Assembly (NCBI GenBank): GCA_964016885.1
Contig: OZ024741.1
Span: 292,206,001 to 292,270,000, forward strand
Source: Eledone cirrhosa
Taxonomy: Eukaryota
Direction of reading: 5' to 3'
DNA: 64,000 nucleotides
The translations under genes and the position numbers were made by a program. The notes under the pieces were generated by a model that searched no databases, was not told where the DNA came from, and saw only the letters and a list, made by a program, of their open reading frames with translations. Shown here in pieces: positions 14,568 to 29,239 of this stretch; the stretch's first letter is position 1; each line of letters begins with the position of its first letter.

Positions 14568-14742
14568 CTGAACAAAAAAGATAAACGAACACAGACATTT
14601 ACATATATGTGTTCAAATCGTAATGGACCAGAATCGCTAAGGTGAAAAAAAATACTAACTACAGACAATAGGGTTTACCAGGCTCAATTTAAGAATAAAT
14701 CAAGAAAAATAAATATAAACCATCATTGTATTAACAACTGAA

Positions 14743-14824
14743 CACCCGGACAGTTTTGATAAAAACTGTTTCGCAATATTATTTGTGAAAAAGATTACCA
14801 ATCTCCTAAGCTCATCAGCGGGTG
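14743..14824 (-). ncRNA. Type I hammerhead ribozyme (GUC site)
   Basis: Minus strand: CACCCG-CTGATGA-GC..GC-GAAA-CAGTTTT-TATC-AAAACTG-TC-CGGGTG; 6-bp stem I and 8-bp stem III perfectly paired. Confidence 0.9.
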
Positions 14825-15061
14825 AAGAAATTAGTAACCTTATCACTTCTAAATCTAATTAGAAACTGGATAATGTGTGTATATGTGACACACATGGTTC
14901 CCGAACTTAGCGTGTCTTGCACACTCTGGCCACTAAAAATAGCAGCCTAGTTTACTCGACAATTGAATTAGCTCGACGAATTAACGGAGCCGAATATATT
15001 AAGACTCGGGAAATCTTTTTTCTTAGAGCTAATTTACTGCCTTGATATATATATATATATA

Positions 15062-15590
15062 TAGGTAAGTTATTCCGGGTTGAATCGGAGGTAACCACAG
15101 TAAGTAAGGTACTCAATACATAGCAGAGTATAAAAGTTTTAATATAGATGAGATTCTACAGGACTAGAACTGTTTCATTCTTTAGAAATCATCAGGAATC
15201 TGGTTTTCAAAAAATAAATGTTGTGGTATTTATATATTTTCAGGTGGTAGGAGAGGGTGGGGAGTGGGATGGGTGGAGGTCATTGGTTGAAAGAAAAGGG
15301 AATTCATTAAAAGATAATTCTTTAAGGCTATAATTTATATTTAGAGTGACAAAGGCAGAAAGAATTCTATAAACAAGTTCAGAATGAGGTGCCACTCCTT
15401 ATTTTTAAGTTTTTCTTAAGCTAACAATACCTATATTTCAGGTGTCTATAAGATGGTTGGGGGTCGGTCATGGTTGATGGATTTAAAGAAAAGGGAAATT
15501 CTTTAAAAGCTAATTCTTTAAAGCTCTACTTAGAGTGACAAAGGCCAAGAGAATTCTATCAACCAGTTCAAAATATTGGGTGCCTATCAT
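15062..15590 (-). mobile_element. PLE-like pLTR cassette, left arm of a 3.9-kb inverted-repeat pair
   Basis: ~15135-15475 is the reverse complement of ~18610-18945; internal duplication 15295-15392 / 15490-15585; ends in (TA)n. Confidence 0.7.
15151..15201 (-). ncRNA. Type I hammerhead ribozyme (GUA site)
   Basis: Minus strand: AGATTC-CTGATGA-TTTC-TAAA-GAAT-GAAA-CAG..CTG-TA-GAATCT. Confidence 0.85.
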
Positions 15591-15647
15591 ATCATTATTG
15601 TCATGTTTCTCTTAAGCTATATTCCAGGTGTCAACAGACACATTCGC

Positions 15648-16245
<598 letters not shown>

Positions 16246-17860
16246 TATTAATAAATGGAAACTATATTTATAAAACCATATTTATTTTATTATATATATG
16301 TCAAGGGCAACCAAGGCAAATCATGGTGCGCTTCCATCAGATAAAATACAGATTTGTTTTAGAAAAAAATATTGACATACCCGAAAAAAGACAACCTTAA
16401 CGGTTGGAGCTTCCTGGATAGTGGAGATAATATTTTATTCAGGGTAATACAAAGTTATGAGTGAGTATGCAAATGAGTGTCCGAAAAGTTGAAAAGATAA
16501 CGGTTTATTTAAATTAAACTGTTGGAAGAGGATGATATGTAAGGGAGAGAGAAATAAAAGAAAAGGAAGAAGAAGGGGAGAAGAAGAAAGAAAGAACGAT
16601 TATACATAGTGATATTGAAGAAAGTCAGAATGAATGAAGAAATAAGTTTTAATGGAAAAATATACATAGCGTAAATATATCTAAGTGAAAGAAGAAGTGA
16701 AAGAAGAAATAGATTAACGTGGAAGAATAATATTTAAAATGTAGGGTTCATTACGTTGTGATTATAATATTTATAATGGTAGGTTGAAAAATTATATTAA
16801 AATTAAAAATTAGAAATCAAAATTAAAGATTAAAATTTGCCTTAATATTAAAGATTTAATTTAATAATTTAATATTAATATTAAAAATTAAAAAATTAAA
16901 AATTAAAAATTAAAATTAAAGCAGAAGTGTTTATATTATATTAAGATGTAATAGTAATAATATATTGGTTTAGATGTGTATGTTAAGGATTATAAATGAT
17001 TTAAATAAATATATAGTATATACATTAGAGAAAATCTAGTATAGTTTATTTTATTAAAGTAAGTTTGGCAAAATTATATTTATTAATAGTTGTAAGTCAA
17101 AATTTAAACATCCGAATAATTCTAAATTTATGAAAATTTACGAGAGTTTACAAAGGAATAACTCCTTAATTATAAAAAACAGTAACGAAGTATAAAGAAA
17201 GTTAGAAGTGATTTTTTAAGATCTCAAATGATTCCAAGGATTAAATGTTATAAAGTTAAACATTTTATCTTAAGAATATAATTAAAACATAAAATATATG
17301 TTATTTTATAAGAAGTCATAAATTTATCTTAATAATATAATTAAAACAATAACCATAGGTTATTTTATAAGAAGTCATACTTGCTATAAAGTTTTTTAAA
17401 ATGTATCATAAGAATATAGTTAAAACATAAACCATAAGTTATTCCACATATATATAAAAACCTATATATAAAAATATAGGAAGATATGAAAATAATGGTT
17501 TTTTCATATCTTTCAAAGGAACTATCAAAGAATTTTCTAAAACCTTCCGAAAATTTTCCTTAAAAGAATTTCAAGTAGTCATATAAAAAAGGTTATAATC
17601 TATTGATAAGTATAATAATATATTTATGAGGTAGAGATAATAGAAAGTAATTTAATTATATATGAATCATATATAGATATAATCTGAAGGATGATGTTGT
17701 AGGTGGTTGGATATAGAAAACATTATGTAAAGGAGATTAACCATATAGTACATTTTATATTTATATTTAAAAGTTGAGTTTAAACGATGTTTACAAGAAC
17801 TAAATCAATTTTTTCGCAAATTCTTAAGCTTGTTGAATCCCAGCAAATTAAATGTAACTT

Positions 17861-17909
<49 letters not shown>

Positions 17910-17999
17910 CATATAAATATACACATATCTATGAACATATACAAACACATCTACAGAAATACACATATATACACATATACAAGATACATATGCACATAC

Positions 18000-18066
<67 letters not shown>

Positions 18067-18093
18067 TATACATATATATACATATATATATAC

Positions 18094-18177
<84 letters not shown>

Positions 18178-18217
18178 ACATATACATATATATACATATA
18201 TATATATACACATATAT

Positions 18218-18283
<66 letters not shown>

Positions 18284-18609
18284 ACACACATACACATACA
18301 TACATATACATATATACACATATACACATACATATATATATACATATATCTATATATACATACATATATATATACATATATACATAAATATATATATATG
18401 TGTGTGTGTATATATACACAAACATGCCCATATGCATGTATATACACAGCGATATGCATACAAACGAACGGCCACTCATACAAATACATACAAACATGTA
18501 CTCATAAATATACGCATATACACAGGCAGATAAAAATAGCTCTACAAGCAGAAAATGCAGATAGGTAAGGGGTACTTACATAACTATAGTATTTGAACGC
18601 ATTTGTATA

Positions 18610-18945
18610 CCATGACCGACCCCAACGATCTTATAGACACTTGAAATATCGGCATTGTTAGCTTAAGAGAAACTTAAAAATAAGGAGTGGCACCCCATTC
18701 TGAACTTGTTTATAGAATTCTTTCTGCCTTTGTCACTCTAAATATAAATAAATCCTTAAAAATTATCTTTTAATGAATTCCCTTTTCTTTCAACCAATGA
18801 CCTCCACTCATCCCACTCCCCACCCTCTCCTACCACATGAAAAGATATAAATACCACAACATTTATATTTGGAAAGCCAGATTCCTGATGATTTCTAAAG
18901 AATGAAACAGTTTTAGTCCTGTAGAATCTTATCTATATTAAAACT
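18610..18945 (+). mobile_element. PLE-like pLTR cassette, right arm
   Basis: Inverted copy of 15135-15475; ends in (TA)n. Confidence 0.7.
18879..18929 (+). ncRNA. Type I hammerhead ribozyme (GUA site)
   Basis: AGATTC-CTGATGA-TTTCTAAAGAAT-GAAA-CAG-TTTTAGTC-CTG-TA-GAATCT. Confidence 0.85.
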
Positions 18946-18956
18946 ATATATATATG

Positions 18957-19048
<92 letters not shown>

Positions 19049-19454
19049 TTAACACAAATCAATATATTTGATAAACACAAATATCCTCATATTTATGTTT
19101 GTATTGTAAATGATCAAGTTAGCTAGATAGAAATATACTAATAATAATATTACAGTTTGCCTATCGTGACTTAAGATAATACATCATAAATCAACAAAAA
19201 TAAATTGTATTGGCAATGGCCGTAGTACTTGGACAAATTTAAATTTCAAAATCAAACCTGTTCCGTAGACAGGTTTAAACCTTAAAATCCAAATATGTTT
19301 CGAATTTTCTATTCCATTTATCGTTATATGTTTCTATTCCATTTATCGTTTTCGGTGCGCCCGGCCGACTGAACTCACTCGATATGCAAATTAGGCTGCT
19401 CAGCCGTTAATATGCATAAGGAAAGTATATACTTTCAGACGTTCAACCATCTGG

Positions 19455-19513
19455 CAGGAAGGTATACGATGCTGACGATAGCTAATAAGCTTGAAACTAG
19501 TACATCGTTCCTG
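19455..19513 (+). ncRNA. Type I hammerhead ribozyme with bulged, extended stem I
   Basis: CAGGA..ACGATG-CTGACGA-TAGCT-AATA-AGCTT-GAAA-CTAG-TA-CATCGT-TCCTG; palindromic ACTAGT stem III. Confidence 0.9.
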
Positions 19514-19772
19514 TGTCAGTGTTGAACAAAAAGGTGACGTGGTTGCCTAAACACTGTACGGCGTAATTCGGGCTGTTTGTTTGTTTGTTTACAAACAAAC
19601 AAAGCGAGCATTATAATAAATGTTCGGTAAACCGATACGTGCATATATATATATGTGTGCATGTATGTATATATATACATACTACTGTACGCCTGTATAC
19701 ATATATGTATCTACGTATACATACATACATACTTACATTTAAGTAAGTGCCGTACTATTCTCTCATTCTTTC

Positions 19773-20123
<351 letters not shown>

Positions 20124-21549
20124 GGAGGGGGGTTATATATATACACACACTAGCATCATAAAAATTGATGAGTTTATAAATTATAGGGAAACATTTTTCT
20201 GAATTTTTTTTCTATAATGCAAATTATACTATTATACTGTGTGTGATGAGAATACTGTATATGTAAGGATATATATATATATATAGATATAGATAGATAC
20301 ACACACACACACATACATATATGCGTTTATGTGCATGAAATTGAATATCAAATTATTTTCTTCTTTTGAAACTTCTTTTCAAATATCTGTATATTGTGTC
20401 ATCTGCAGTTTCCATTTAATCACGTGATCTCCCCCACTTTTACCTGCTTCAAATCTCTTACCGAAGCTCACACTTTTATTACCATTCTTAAACTGCCCCC
20501 CCCCCCCCCCCCTCTCTCTCTCTCCTTATCTCTGACATTTGATTATTTGCCAGTCTTCTATTTGTGTGACAGCAAATAAAAGCACATGGCAAATTATTTT
20601 TATTTGTTGATTTTTCAAACTCCTGCAAAAACGTATTTTTCACTCAGATTACAAAAATAAAATAATTTTTGGTTTGAATATTTCAATATCCCTCTTTTTA
20701 GACAGGAGTGTGAAACATTTGATTTAATAATGTAAATATTTTTAAATTGTTGTATTGTTATTCTTTCTTCAAAATGGCCTCTGGAGTAGCAGTAAGAAGG
20801 GCTTACAACAATGGTGGTAATGGTATCCCCACTGAGAAATATGCCCTCCCTGACTTCAATTATATTCACAAAAGAAAAAGGATAGAACTCAGAGTTGCAC
20901 AGTACAAATGCCAACAACAACATTTCATCTTGGTTTTATTGCATTGTCACAAAGAATAACAACCCATCTGGCCCAGGATGTTGAAATAAGCATTTAAAAG
21001 TGTTGATGATAAATACCCATCTAGCACATCCCCAGTTCACCTGTTCTGTCCAACCCATGTATACATGGAAAGCCAGACACGGTCCTCACCATACTGCTAA
21101 GTGCAACTCATTCTTTTCATTTCACCTGTATGATATGTCGATTGCTCTCCCACTGTGGAATGATCATAGTAAATAACATGTAGTCTGATGTTTGTTCTCT
21201 CTTCTCACACAATAAAACACACCAGTCACCCTGTAAGAGGGTCATCTTAGTGCCATGACAAAATACACCCAGTCCACCCAGTAAGGTGGTCATTCTGGTG
21301 CCATGACTAAAGCACCCTGTCCACCCAGTAAGGCAGTCGTTCTGGTGGCATAATCTAAGCACCCAGTCAACTATGTAAGGAGTTTGTACAGGTGCCACAA
21401 CAAAGAGCATCCTGTCCAGCCTGTAAGGTGGTTAATGTTAGGAAAGGCATACAGCCACAGAAAACCAAGACAAACATGGAGAAGATGAGAAAGAAGTGGT
21501 CACTTGACCTGTTTATTCTCATAATTTGACTGCATATGTGTTTGTGTAT

Positions 21550-21602
<53 letters not shown>

Positions 21603-21603
<1 letters not shown>

Positions 21604-21960
21604 CATCATCATCATTTAACGTCTATCTTCCACGCTATCATGGGTTAAAAGGGTTTGTCGAATTTGAGGCAAATTTGGTCAGGGGACCATATCTCGCTTG
21701 TATAGGACTGTTTCTGGCTGGTTTTCTATAGCTGGATGCCCTTCCTAACGCCAACCACATTTACAGTGTGTGCTGGGTGCTTTTTGCTGTGTCTCCTACA
21801 GGAGCACTTTACAGTGTGGGCTGGGTGCTTTTTGTCGTGATACCTACACGGCCACTTTTCAGTGTGGACTGGAGGTTTTACAGAATGAGGGTGGTGTGAG
21901 CGGAAGTTGGAAGGGGGTGTAGGGTGTATATTGGATTAACAGGTGCCTACAAGCCTGGTC
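21603..21960 (-). mobile_element. RTE-tailed non-autonomous element/SINE
   Basis: (CAT)n tail with TTTAACGTC..TTCCACGCT..CATGGGTT and GCTGGATGCCCTTCCTAACGCCAACC; related copies at 38878-39090, 47880-48132, 50868-51450 and 57623-57882. Confidence 0.75.
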
Positions 21961-22856
21961 TTCTATATATAATCACATACACACACAAAATCATATGCAA
22001 TCACACATATTTATGTTTATATATGTTTAACTATTCATATCTCATAACCCTATCCTCCCCTTTCTCTTTCATTCTTTCTCTTTCCCCTCTCTCTCTGTGA
22101 ATATCTAACCCCACTCCTCCTTATATTTCGACTCTACTGCCAATAACACCCACAGCAATAATATCAGTACCAGCCAGGGAAATAGTAACAACCAAAATAA
22201 CTGCACCAACAATGATAAATATAATAAACTAAATGAAAGTACGAATACAAGATACACTAACAACAACAAAAAACCTGAATCAAATTATTTAAACAAGGTA
22301 CAACAGTACTAATAGCAATAAAAGTTACAAACTAAATGAAGTTATGGAAACAAGGTACGAAATACAACAATACATTATATGAAATTATAGGAAAAAAGAC
22401 ACAATGATAACAACAACTACTACTACTACATTATGTACAACAAAAACTATACACCGATAACATGAGGCACCGAACTTTAATAGAATTTAGCCAAATGCCT
22501 GCAAACAATCTTAAACTCTGGACTAATGCCATGAACGTTTTGGTTTATTGGCTTTCATCTTTTATCAATAAGCAAAATAGTTTCTGGGGTAACAACAACC
22601 AGCCATCATCATTATGTCAACAACCACATTACAATAACTATAAGCTTAGGATCTCAAATCTGAGACAGTCTCTATGGGAATGCCATGGCAATACCATGAC
22701 AGCCATCATAAATTTCTATGGCAACACCATAGCAACCATCAATATTATCTTCACTACTTCCTCACAAGTAGGAGAGATATTGTACTCTGGGTCAGTTTCT
22801 ATGGCAATACCATAGTAACCCTCAATAAATGCTTTAAGTATCATGTTATCCCAACT

Positions 22857-23005
22857 GGTGGCGAAATGGAGTCATTGGAACGTCAAATAGAATGCTTTGC
22901 AGTGTTTGTTCTGGCTCTCTGCTCTCTGAATTCATATCCTATTGAGGTCAGCTTTGCCTTTCATCCATTCCAGGTCGATAAAAAAGTACCAGTCAAGGAC
23001 TGATA
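22857..23005 (+). mobile_element. Old OK-like SINE copy
   Basis: CTTTGCCTTTCATCCATTCCAGGTCGATAAAAAAGTACCAG core. Confidence 0.7.
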
Positions 23006-23645
23006 TCGATTCTTCTTCTATATATCTTTCTCACTTCTATTCTCTCACTCTCTGTTCTCTCTGGAAGAAATCTGCTGTATTCAGGCCTGGAGATTAGATG
23101 GGCTCTGTCAGGTTTTAAAATGCCTTAGAAACACTGTAGGTCAATACAATGCCACTACAACTATCTCAGGTGTTACGGAACCATACATACATCATCTCAA
23201 CTACTACAAGCCTCAGCTCTCTAAACCTGAGTAAGTTTCTGTGTGTAGGTGGATATTTGACTAGTTTAATGTAGATCTCTTTGCTGTCAGTCAGCAATAA
23301 TTGGAAGTTTTGAGAAGTAGTTAAAGTAATAAGTGTCTCTTTGTGTATACACTTGAACAACTCAATGTAGACCAAATTTCTTCTCAATACTTTGCTATTT
23401 TCTTAATCATTATCATCATCATCCTTACTATCAATATCATCATTATCACCATCATTATGGTGACCAAGATCATCATCATCATCATTGTTATCATTAACAT
23501 CATCATCATTGTCATATTTATGTCTCCTTTTCTATGCTGCTATGGGTTGGATAGGACTTTCTGAGGCAGCATTTTTCATCTAGATATCTTTCTACTCTCT
23601 TATGATTTTGTGCATCCACAGCCCTAACAACAACAACATCAACGA

Positions 23646-23680
<35 letters not shown>

Positions 23681-23690
23681 TAATAATAAT

Positions 23691-26600
23691 GAGTTCTTTA
23701 TTGTCCACAAGGGCTGACATCAAGAAAAACATTAAAGACGGCACAGGACGGTACAGGACGGTACGATGTGGGTTTTGTGCGTGTAAATATTTTTATTATT
23801 TATATAAGAAAAGAAAAAAAAAGGACATAGAAACATATATATAAACAATAAAAATGAAAATTGAAACAATGAAAAATTCCCCAATAGCGGGGAAACCTCC
23901 GAGGGTTACTCGTGGCGAAAACCACACAAAAGTCCACGCCCACCCTGACCACCAGGGCAAGCGCCCTCTCTCAATTTTTCCATCTCTCAAACTACAGACG
24001 TATATTCAGAGCGGTCCCGTTCACTCGGACATTTCTCGCTACATTCACACACCTTTCAACAAACTTGCTAGAAGGCAGCACTTGCCTCTCCACTCTGATC
24101 TTCCACTTCAAGTGAAACTTGAAAAAGTTAATTAGGGATTCGCCGAAGAGGAAAGTGTCTGTCTTTAACCCTTTTAACCTTGTCCACCACACAATCTCTT
24201 TCGCCATGACCACCAGGCAGATGAAAACCGCCTGCCCTTCCTCTTCAAAGGAAGACGGCGAGACTATCTGCACAATGGACTCAGTCGACAACAGGATCAG
24301 TCCTACACGCGACAGCAACTGTTCGACATAGCTCCACAAGTCAGCAATGCTCGGGCACTGAACGTGTGCACGACGGTTTCGTCGCTCTGCGCGTTTCTCG
24401 GACAGGCTCGGCTGACGGCACTTCCGTGCCTGTAGAGCTTATCTCGAACCGGCAGCGCTCCCTGGTAGCACTGCCAGGCCAGGGATTTTGGGAAGTTATC
24501 CATAGGCTCCGGGCTGAAAGTTCTCCGGAAGAGAGCAAACAGCTGATCTTCTTCGACGCCCAGGATTTCTCCGAGAATGTCGTCGCACTTCCCCTCCACT
24601 AGTCCTCTATAGAACGCCGAGGTGGATGTTCGACCGATACTGGTGCCCAGCTGGCAGAGGGCAGTGAGCGCCTTGAGACATTCCAGTTTCCAAGCGCTAT
24701 CCCTCGGTCTTTTTCTGACCCAGGACTGCAGCTCCGTCAAGGAGAGGAGCTGTGGGAAAACGTGCCTGGCGAACGGCGACCACACCTGTTCACCGTCAAG
24801 GAAGCACCAGAGATGTCGCAGCCTCAGCGCATGTTTGCGCATCATCAGCCATGGCATGCCCAGTCCTCCACGCAACGAGTGTTGACAGCAGATGGATCGT
24901 CTAACCATGGGAGCGTGTCCCTTCCACAAAAAGCAGAAGAGGAGGCGCTCCATTTTGGTGAGAGTTGGGCTGGAACAAGGGACGACGGTGAGGCGGGAGC
25001 AGATGACGGATGCGATGTACGCATTCGCCACCTCCGCCCAGCCTTTCAGGGACAGCTTCCTCTCGGCCCATTTCTGGGTGAGGGAGGCCACCCTGCTCGT
25101 CACCTCGTTCTAGTTTTTCTCCATCTGGAGGTCCGGTCCGAACCAGACCCAGAGCAATTTAACCGATCTGTCCGTCCAACGCCCCACGACGCTGTCGGAC
25201 GGCATGGACTTGCCTCTCCAGGTGCCGAGCTGCAAGCCGACCGAATTTTCCTGGTTTATCTTTGCTCCTGTCACCGCTTCGTATTCCTTGAGAGCGGTGC
25301 CGAGCATTTGGACGTGTCTGGTACTCGACACCACCACGGTGACGTCGTCAGCGTAAGCCGACTCGGATTTCCCACATCCTAGTTCGCGTTGGACGCCCCT
25401 CATCGCCCCCAGTTTGTGCAGTAACGGCTCGACAGCCAATACGTACAAGAGGGTCGAGAGGGGACAACCCTGGCGGACTGAGCGCATGATGCTGAACGGC
25501 TGCGACAGGTGACCGTTCACCCTCACAACTGAGCAGATGTCGCTGTACATTGCTGCGATCCAACCCCTGAAAACGGGCCCGAAACCGGCTGCCTCGAGGA
25601 CCGCCGCCAAGTACCGATGGTCGACCCTATCGAATGCTTTGGATTAATCCAAGTTGATCAGGGCCCCACCCGTGCCAGGTTCCTTAACCACCATCTCTAT
25701 GATGTATCGCATGAGGTGGAGTTTGCCGTGTATGGATCTGTCCGGAATGGCGCATGTCTGCGCCTCTCCCACCAGACACTTGACGACAAGCGCCAACCTC
25801 GTTGCTAACACCTTGGCCAACATCTTGGACTCTGCGTTTAGCAGGGTTATGGGCCTGAAATTATCGATAACATCACCCTTGTTCGGGTCTTTTCTCAGCA
25901 GCGACACTGCTCCCCGGCTCACAAAACTGGGAATGCTCCCGTTCTGCTGCCAGTTGCAGCAGACGTCTGCCAAGAGGTCACCGAACAAGTCTGGCATAAA
26001 TGCATAAAGTTCGTAGGGCAGACCATCCAAACCTGGCGATTTACCCCTTGTGCAGTTAGCCATCGCTTCCCGTATTTCACCGGCTGTTATTGGCTTTTCG
26101 TAACACTGTGCTGCGGTCGTCGAGAGCCGAGGCAATCCGGCGAGGTAGGCACTTAAGTCCATGCCCCGATCCGGGCCGCCGCCGCTCCCGAACAGTTCAG
26201 CAAAGTGCCGCTGAAAAGCTTCACACATCCGCTCGGGTTCGAGCATCAAGCACCCGTTTTGGTCAGACAAAGACCGAATTGTAGCTACGCCGCGCCTCTG
26301 CCACCCGGGCCCAATTGACGGCTTTTGTCCCCCTCGTGTTTCAGAGCATACGCTCTAGCTCTGACAACGCACCCTTCGTGTTTTGCGTTGAAGAATTGGT
26401 CGAGTGCCAATCTCGCCGCAAGCACGTCGGTTGCGATGCCTGTCCTAAACGCCACTTCTAGCTTTCTGACTAGCTCACCTTCTACTCTATTTTCCTCTAT
26501 CACTACTCCTTTGCTAAACCTAATCGACTCTACTTTAATTGCCCTTTTCAGGGCGAACCACCATCAACGCCCGCTTAACTAATACGATAATCCGGTCTCT

Positions 26601-27327
26601 GTAGGCCTTGCGCGCCGGGAAAGACGCGTTCAGCTTCCAGTAACCAGGCCCTTGTCTATGAAGTCTGTCTATGTCGATCTCACAGATCACAAATTTGTGG
26701 TCTGTGTAGTCGACTATTTTAAATTGTGGACAACTTATACTAGCCTTATCTTGTTCTCTGCAGAATACCCGATCGAGATCCGATCTGGATGACCCGGTGC
26801 GGTTTGTTCATGTCAACATTTGCACATTCGGGTGATCCAGTCGATACCTGTCAGACAGTTCAAAACGTCTGAGCAGGTTGGTGAGGCTGTTGCACCCTCC
26901 TCCCCTATCCACTAGCCCCACACGATCCCAGCGTGCATCCAAGATACCGTTCCAGTCGCCCACTAACACTAAAGAGCGGGACGTTCCAAGAAAGGTCTCT
27001 AGACGTCTGAAGAAATCTGGCCGTCCTACCCCTGTTGGGGCGTAGACGGCTACTAGCCTGAAAGCATTGCCTTCGCTGCCGGTCACGGCCAGCACCACTG
27101 ACTTACCTTCTGGGTCTAGGAAGATGGCCCGTATCGCGAGATCCAAGCCTCTCCGAAAAAGGACGGCAACCCCTCCCCCGATCCTGGACGGCTAGGAGAT
27201 GCGTATACATCGTAGCCGCCGAAGATCGGTGCGAAGGCTTGTGCTTCGGAGATTCTGGTTTCACTGATGGCCACCACATCTATGTTTAGTGACCTGAGGT
27301 CATTGAGCAGGTGACCCTGCTTCCAAG
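23691..27327 (-). mobile_element. Tx1-clade LINE, ORF2 region (APE + RT + C-terminus) with 3'UTR, decayed
   Basis: APE motifs DVVAISET, AVYAP, LVGDWN; RT motifs KSPGLDGLP, NFRPITLLN, RSVRQGCPLS, AYADDV; 3' end abuts (AAT)n at 23646-23690. Confidence 0.93.
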
Positions 27328-27328
27328 A

Positions 27329-28979
27329 ATAATGATTTCATTTATTAACCACAAGGGCCGACAGTAGGGGACAATACAAAGACAGGGACAGTGGGGGTTT
27401 ACAATAAGGTCGAGTAAAAGTGCACAATAGCAAGACTAATTTAACAATGAAGATATAAAAAATATAAAATAAACTAAGCATAAATATAACAAAATAAATT
27501 TCCCGATAGGGGTGAACGACCCTGGGGTGACTCGGGTACCCCACCAATCCTGAACCACCCTGCGTTTCTAGGGCACCCAGGGTAGCACCCCTCTCCTCAA
27601 GTCAGCTAGCCTATATGCGCAAGGTCAGAGTAGCCCCATTCAAACGGGCCATTCTTGCCCCATTCATCCACCTTTTAGCAAATGTACTGGGGGGCAGCAC
27701 TGCTCTCTCCACCCTCACCTTCCTTTCCAGGTGAAACTTGAAGAAGTTGATGAGGGATTGGCCGAAGAGAAAAGTGTCTGTCTTCACTCCTTTTAATCTG
27801 GTCCACCATATAACCTCTTTCGCAACTGCCACCAGACAGAGGAACATTTCCTGCTCTTCCAGACCTAAGGAAGGCGGCGGGTCGATCTTCACTATGGACT
27901 CGGCCGATAGCCGGATTCGTTTCACACGCGACAGTAGCTGTTCGACATAACTCCACAAGTCAGTAATGCACGGACTTTGGGCAAGTGCGTGCAGAACGGT
28001 TTCGTCGTTCTGTGCGCATCTTGGGTATGTCCGTCTGACAGCACTTCCGTGCCTGTAGAGTTTATCCCGAACCGGCAGTGACCCCCGGTAGCACTGCCAA
28101 GTAAGGGATTTCTGGAAATTGTCCATCGTCCCCGGCTCGAAAGTCCTCCGGTACAGACTGGTCAGTTCGACTTCGTCGAGGCCCAAAGCTTCTCCGAGTG
28201 CGTCATCGCACTTGCCCACCACTAATCCTATATAGAACTCGAGAGTGGAAGTTCCACTGATCGCATTGCCCGCTTGGTAGAGGGCAGTGAGTGCCTGGCA
28301 ACATTCCAGGTGCCAGTCACCCAGTCTCGGTCTCTTCTTGACCCAGGACTGCAGATCAGTCAAAGGAACGAGCTGCGGAAAGGCCCGTCTGATAAACGGA
28401 AACCACACCTGTTCACCGTTTAGGCAGAATATCTGGAGATGCCGCAGCCTCAACGCATGTCTGCGCATCATTAGTCACGGCACGCCCAGCCCTCCGCGTA
28501 GATGGTGCTGGCAGCAGATAGACCGCCTCACCAACGAAACTTGTCCCCTCCACAATAATTTGAAGAGGAGCTGTTCCAACTTGACGAGGCGCGGACCGGG
28601 GGCAAGGCACGACGGTCAGGCGGTAGTAGATGACGGACGCGAAGTACGCATTCGCCACCTCCGCGCGACCTTTCAGTCATAGCTTCCTCCCAGCCCATTA
28701 TTGGGTGAGACTGGCTACTCTGCTCGTTACCTCGTGCCAATTCTTTTCCACCTGGAGATCTGGTCCGAACCAAACCCCAAGCAACTTTACCGGTCCGTCC
28801 GTCCAGTGCCCCACGACAATGTTAGACGGCATGGGCTTGCCTCTCCAGGTTCCGAGCTGCAAGCCCACCGACTTTTCCGGGTTAAGTTTGGCTCCTGTCA
28901 ACCTTTCATATTCCTTCAATAAGGTGCCGACCACCTCGATTTCTGAGGTGTTCGACACCGTCACGATGATGTCGTCTGC

Positions 28980-28981
<2 letters not shown>
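27329..28981 (-). mobile_element. Second Tx1 subfamily copy, 5'-truncated at ADD, in tandem with the previous copy
   Basis: ORFs 27611-28964 are homologous to the Tx1 ORF2 C-terminal half; 3' end GGCCCTTGTGGTTAATAAA; 5' flank is (TAA)n at 28981-29030. Confidence 0.92.
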
Positions 28982-29029
<48 letters not shown>

Positions 29030-29032
<3 letters not shown>

Positions 29033-29214
29033 TGTTTCTACTTTTGGCACAAGGCCAGCAATTATCCAGTACATTACTGGTACTTTATTTTATCGACCCC
29101 GTAAGGATGAAAGGCAAAGTTAACCTTGGCGGGATTTGAACTCAGACCGTAAAGGGATGTAACTATACTAGAAAGCATGGCTTCCAACCCTCTATTGATA
29201 CTGCCAACCCACCG
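29030..29214 (-). mobile_element. OK-like SINE
   Basis: Full head, core and tail motifs. Confidence 0.85.
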
Positions 29215-29239
29215 AATAATAATAATAATAATAATAATA

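Noticed and set aside
20760-20860. Possible exon (REGIFLSGDT..)
   Set aside because: More like a decayed RT 'GIFQGD' fragment, and too weak to call
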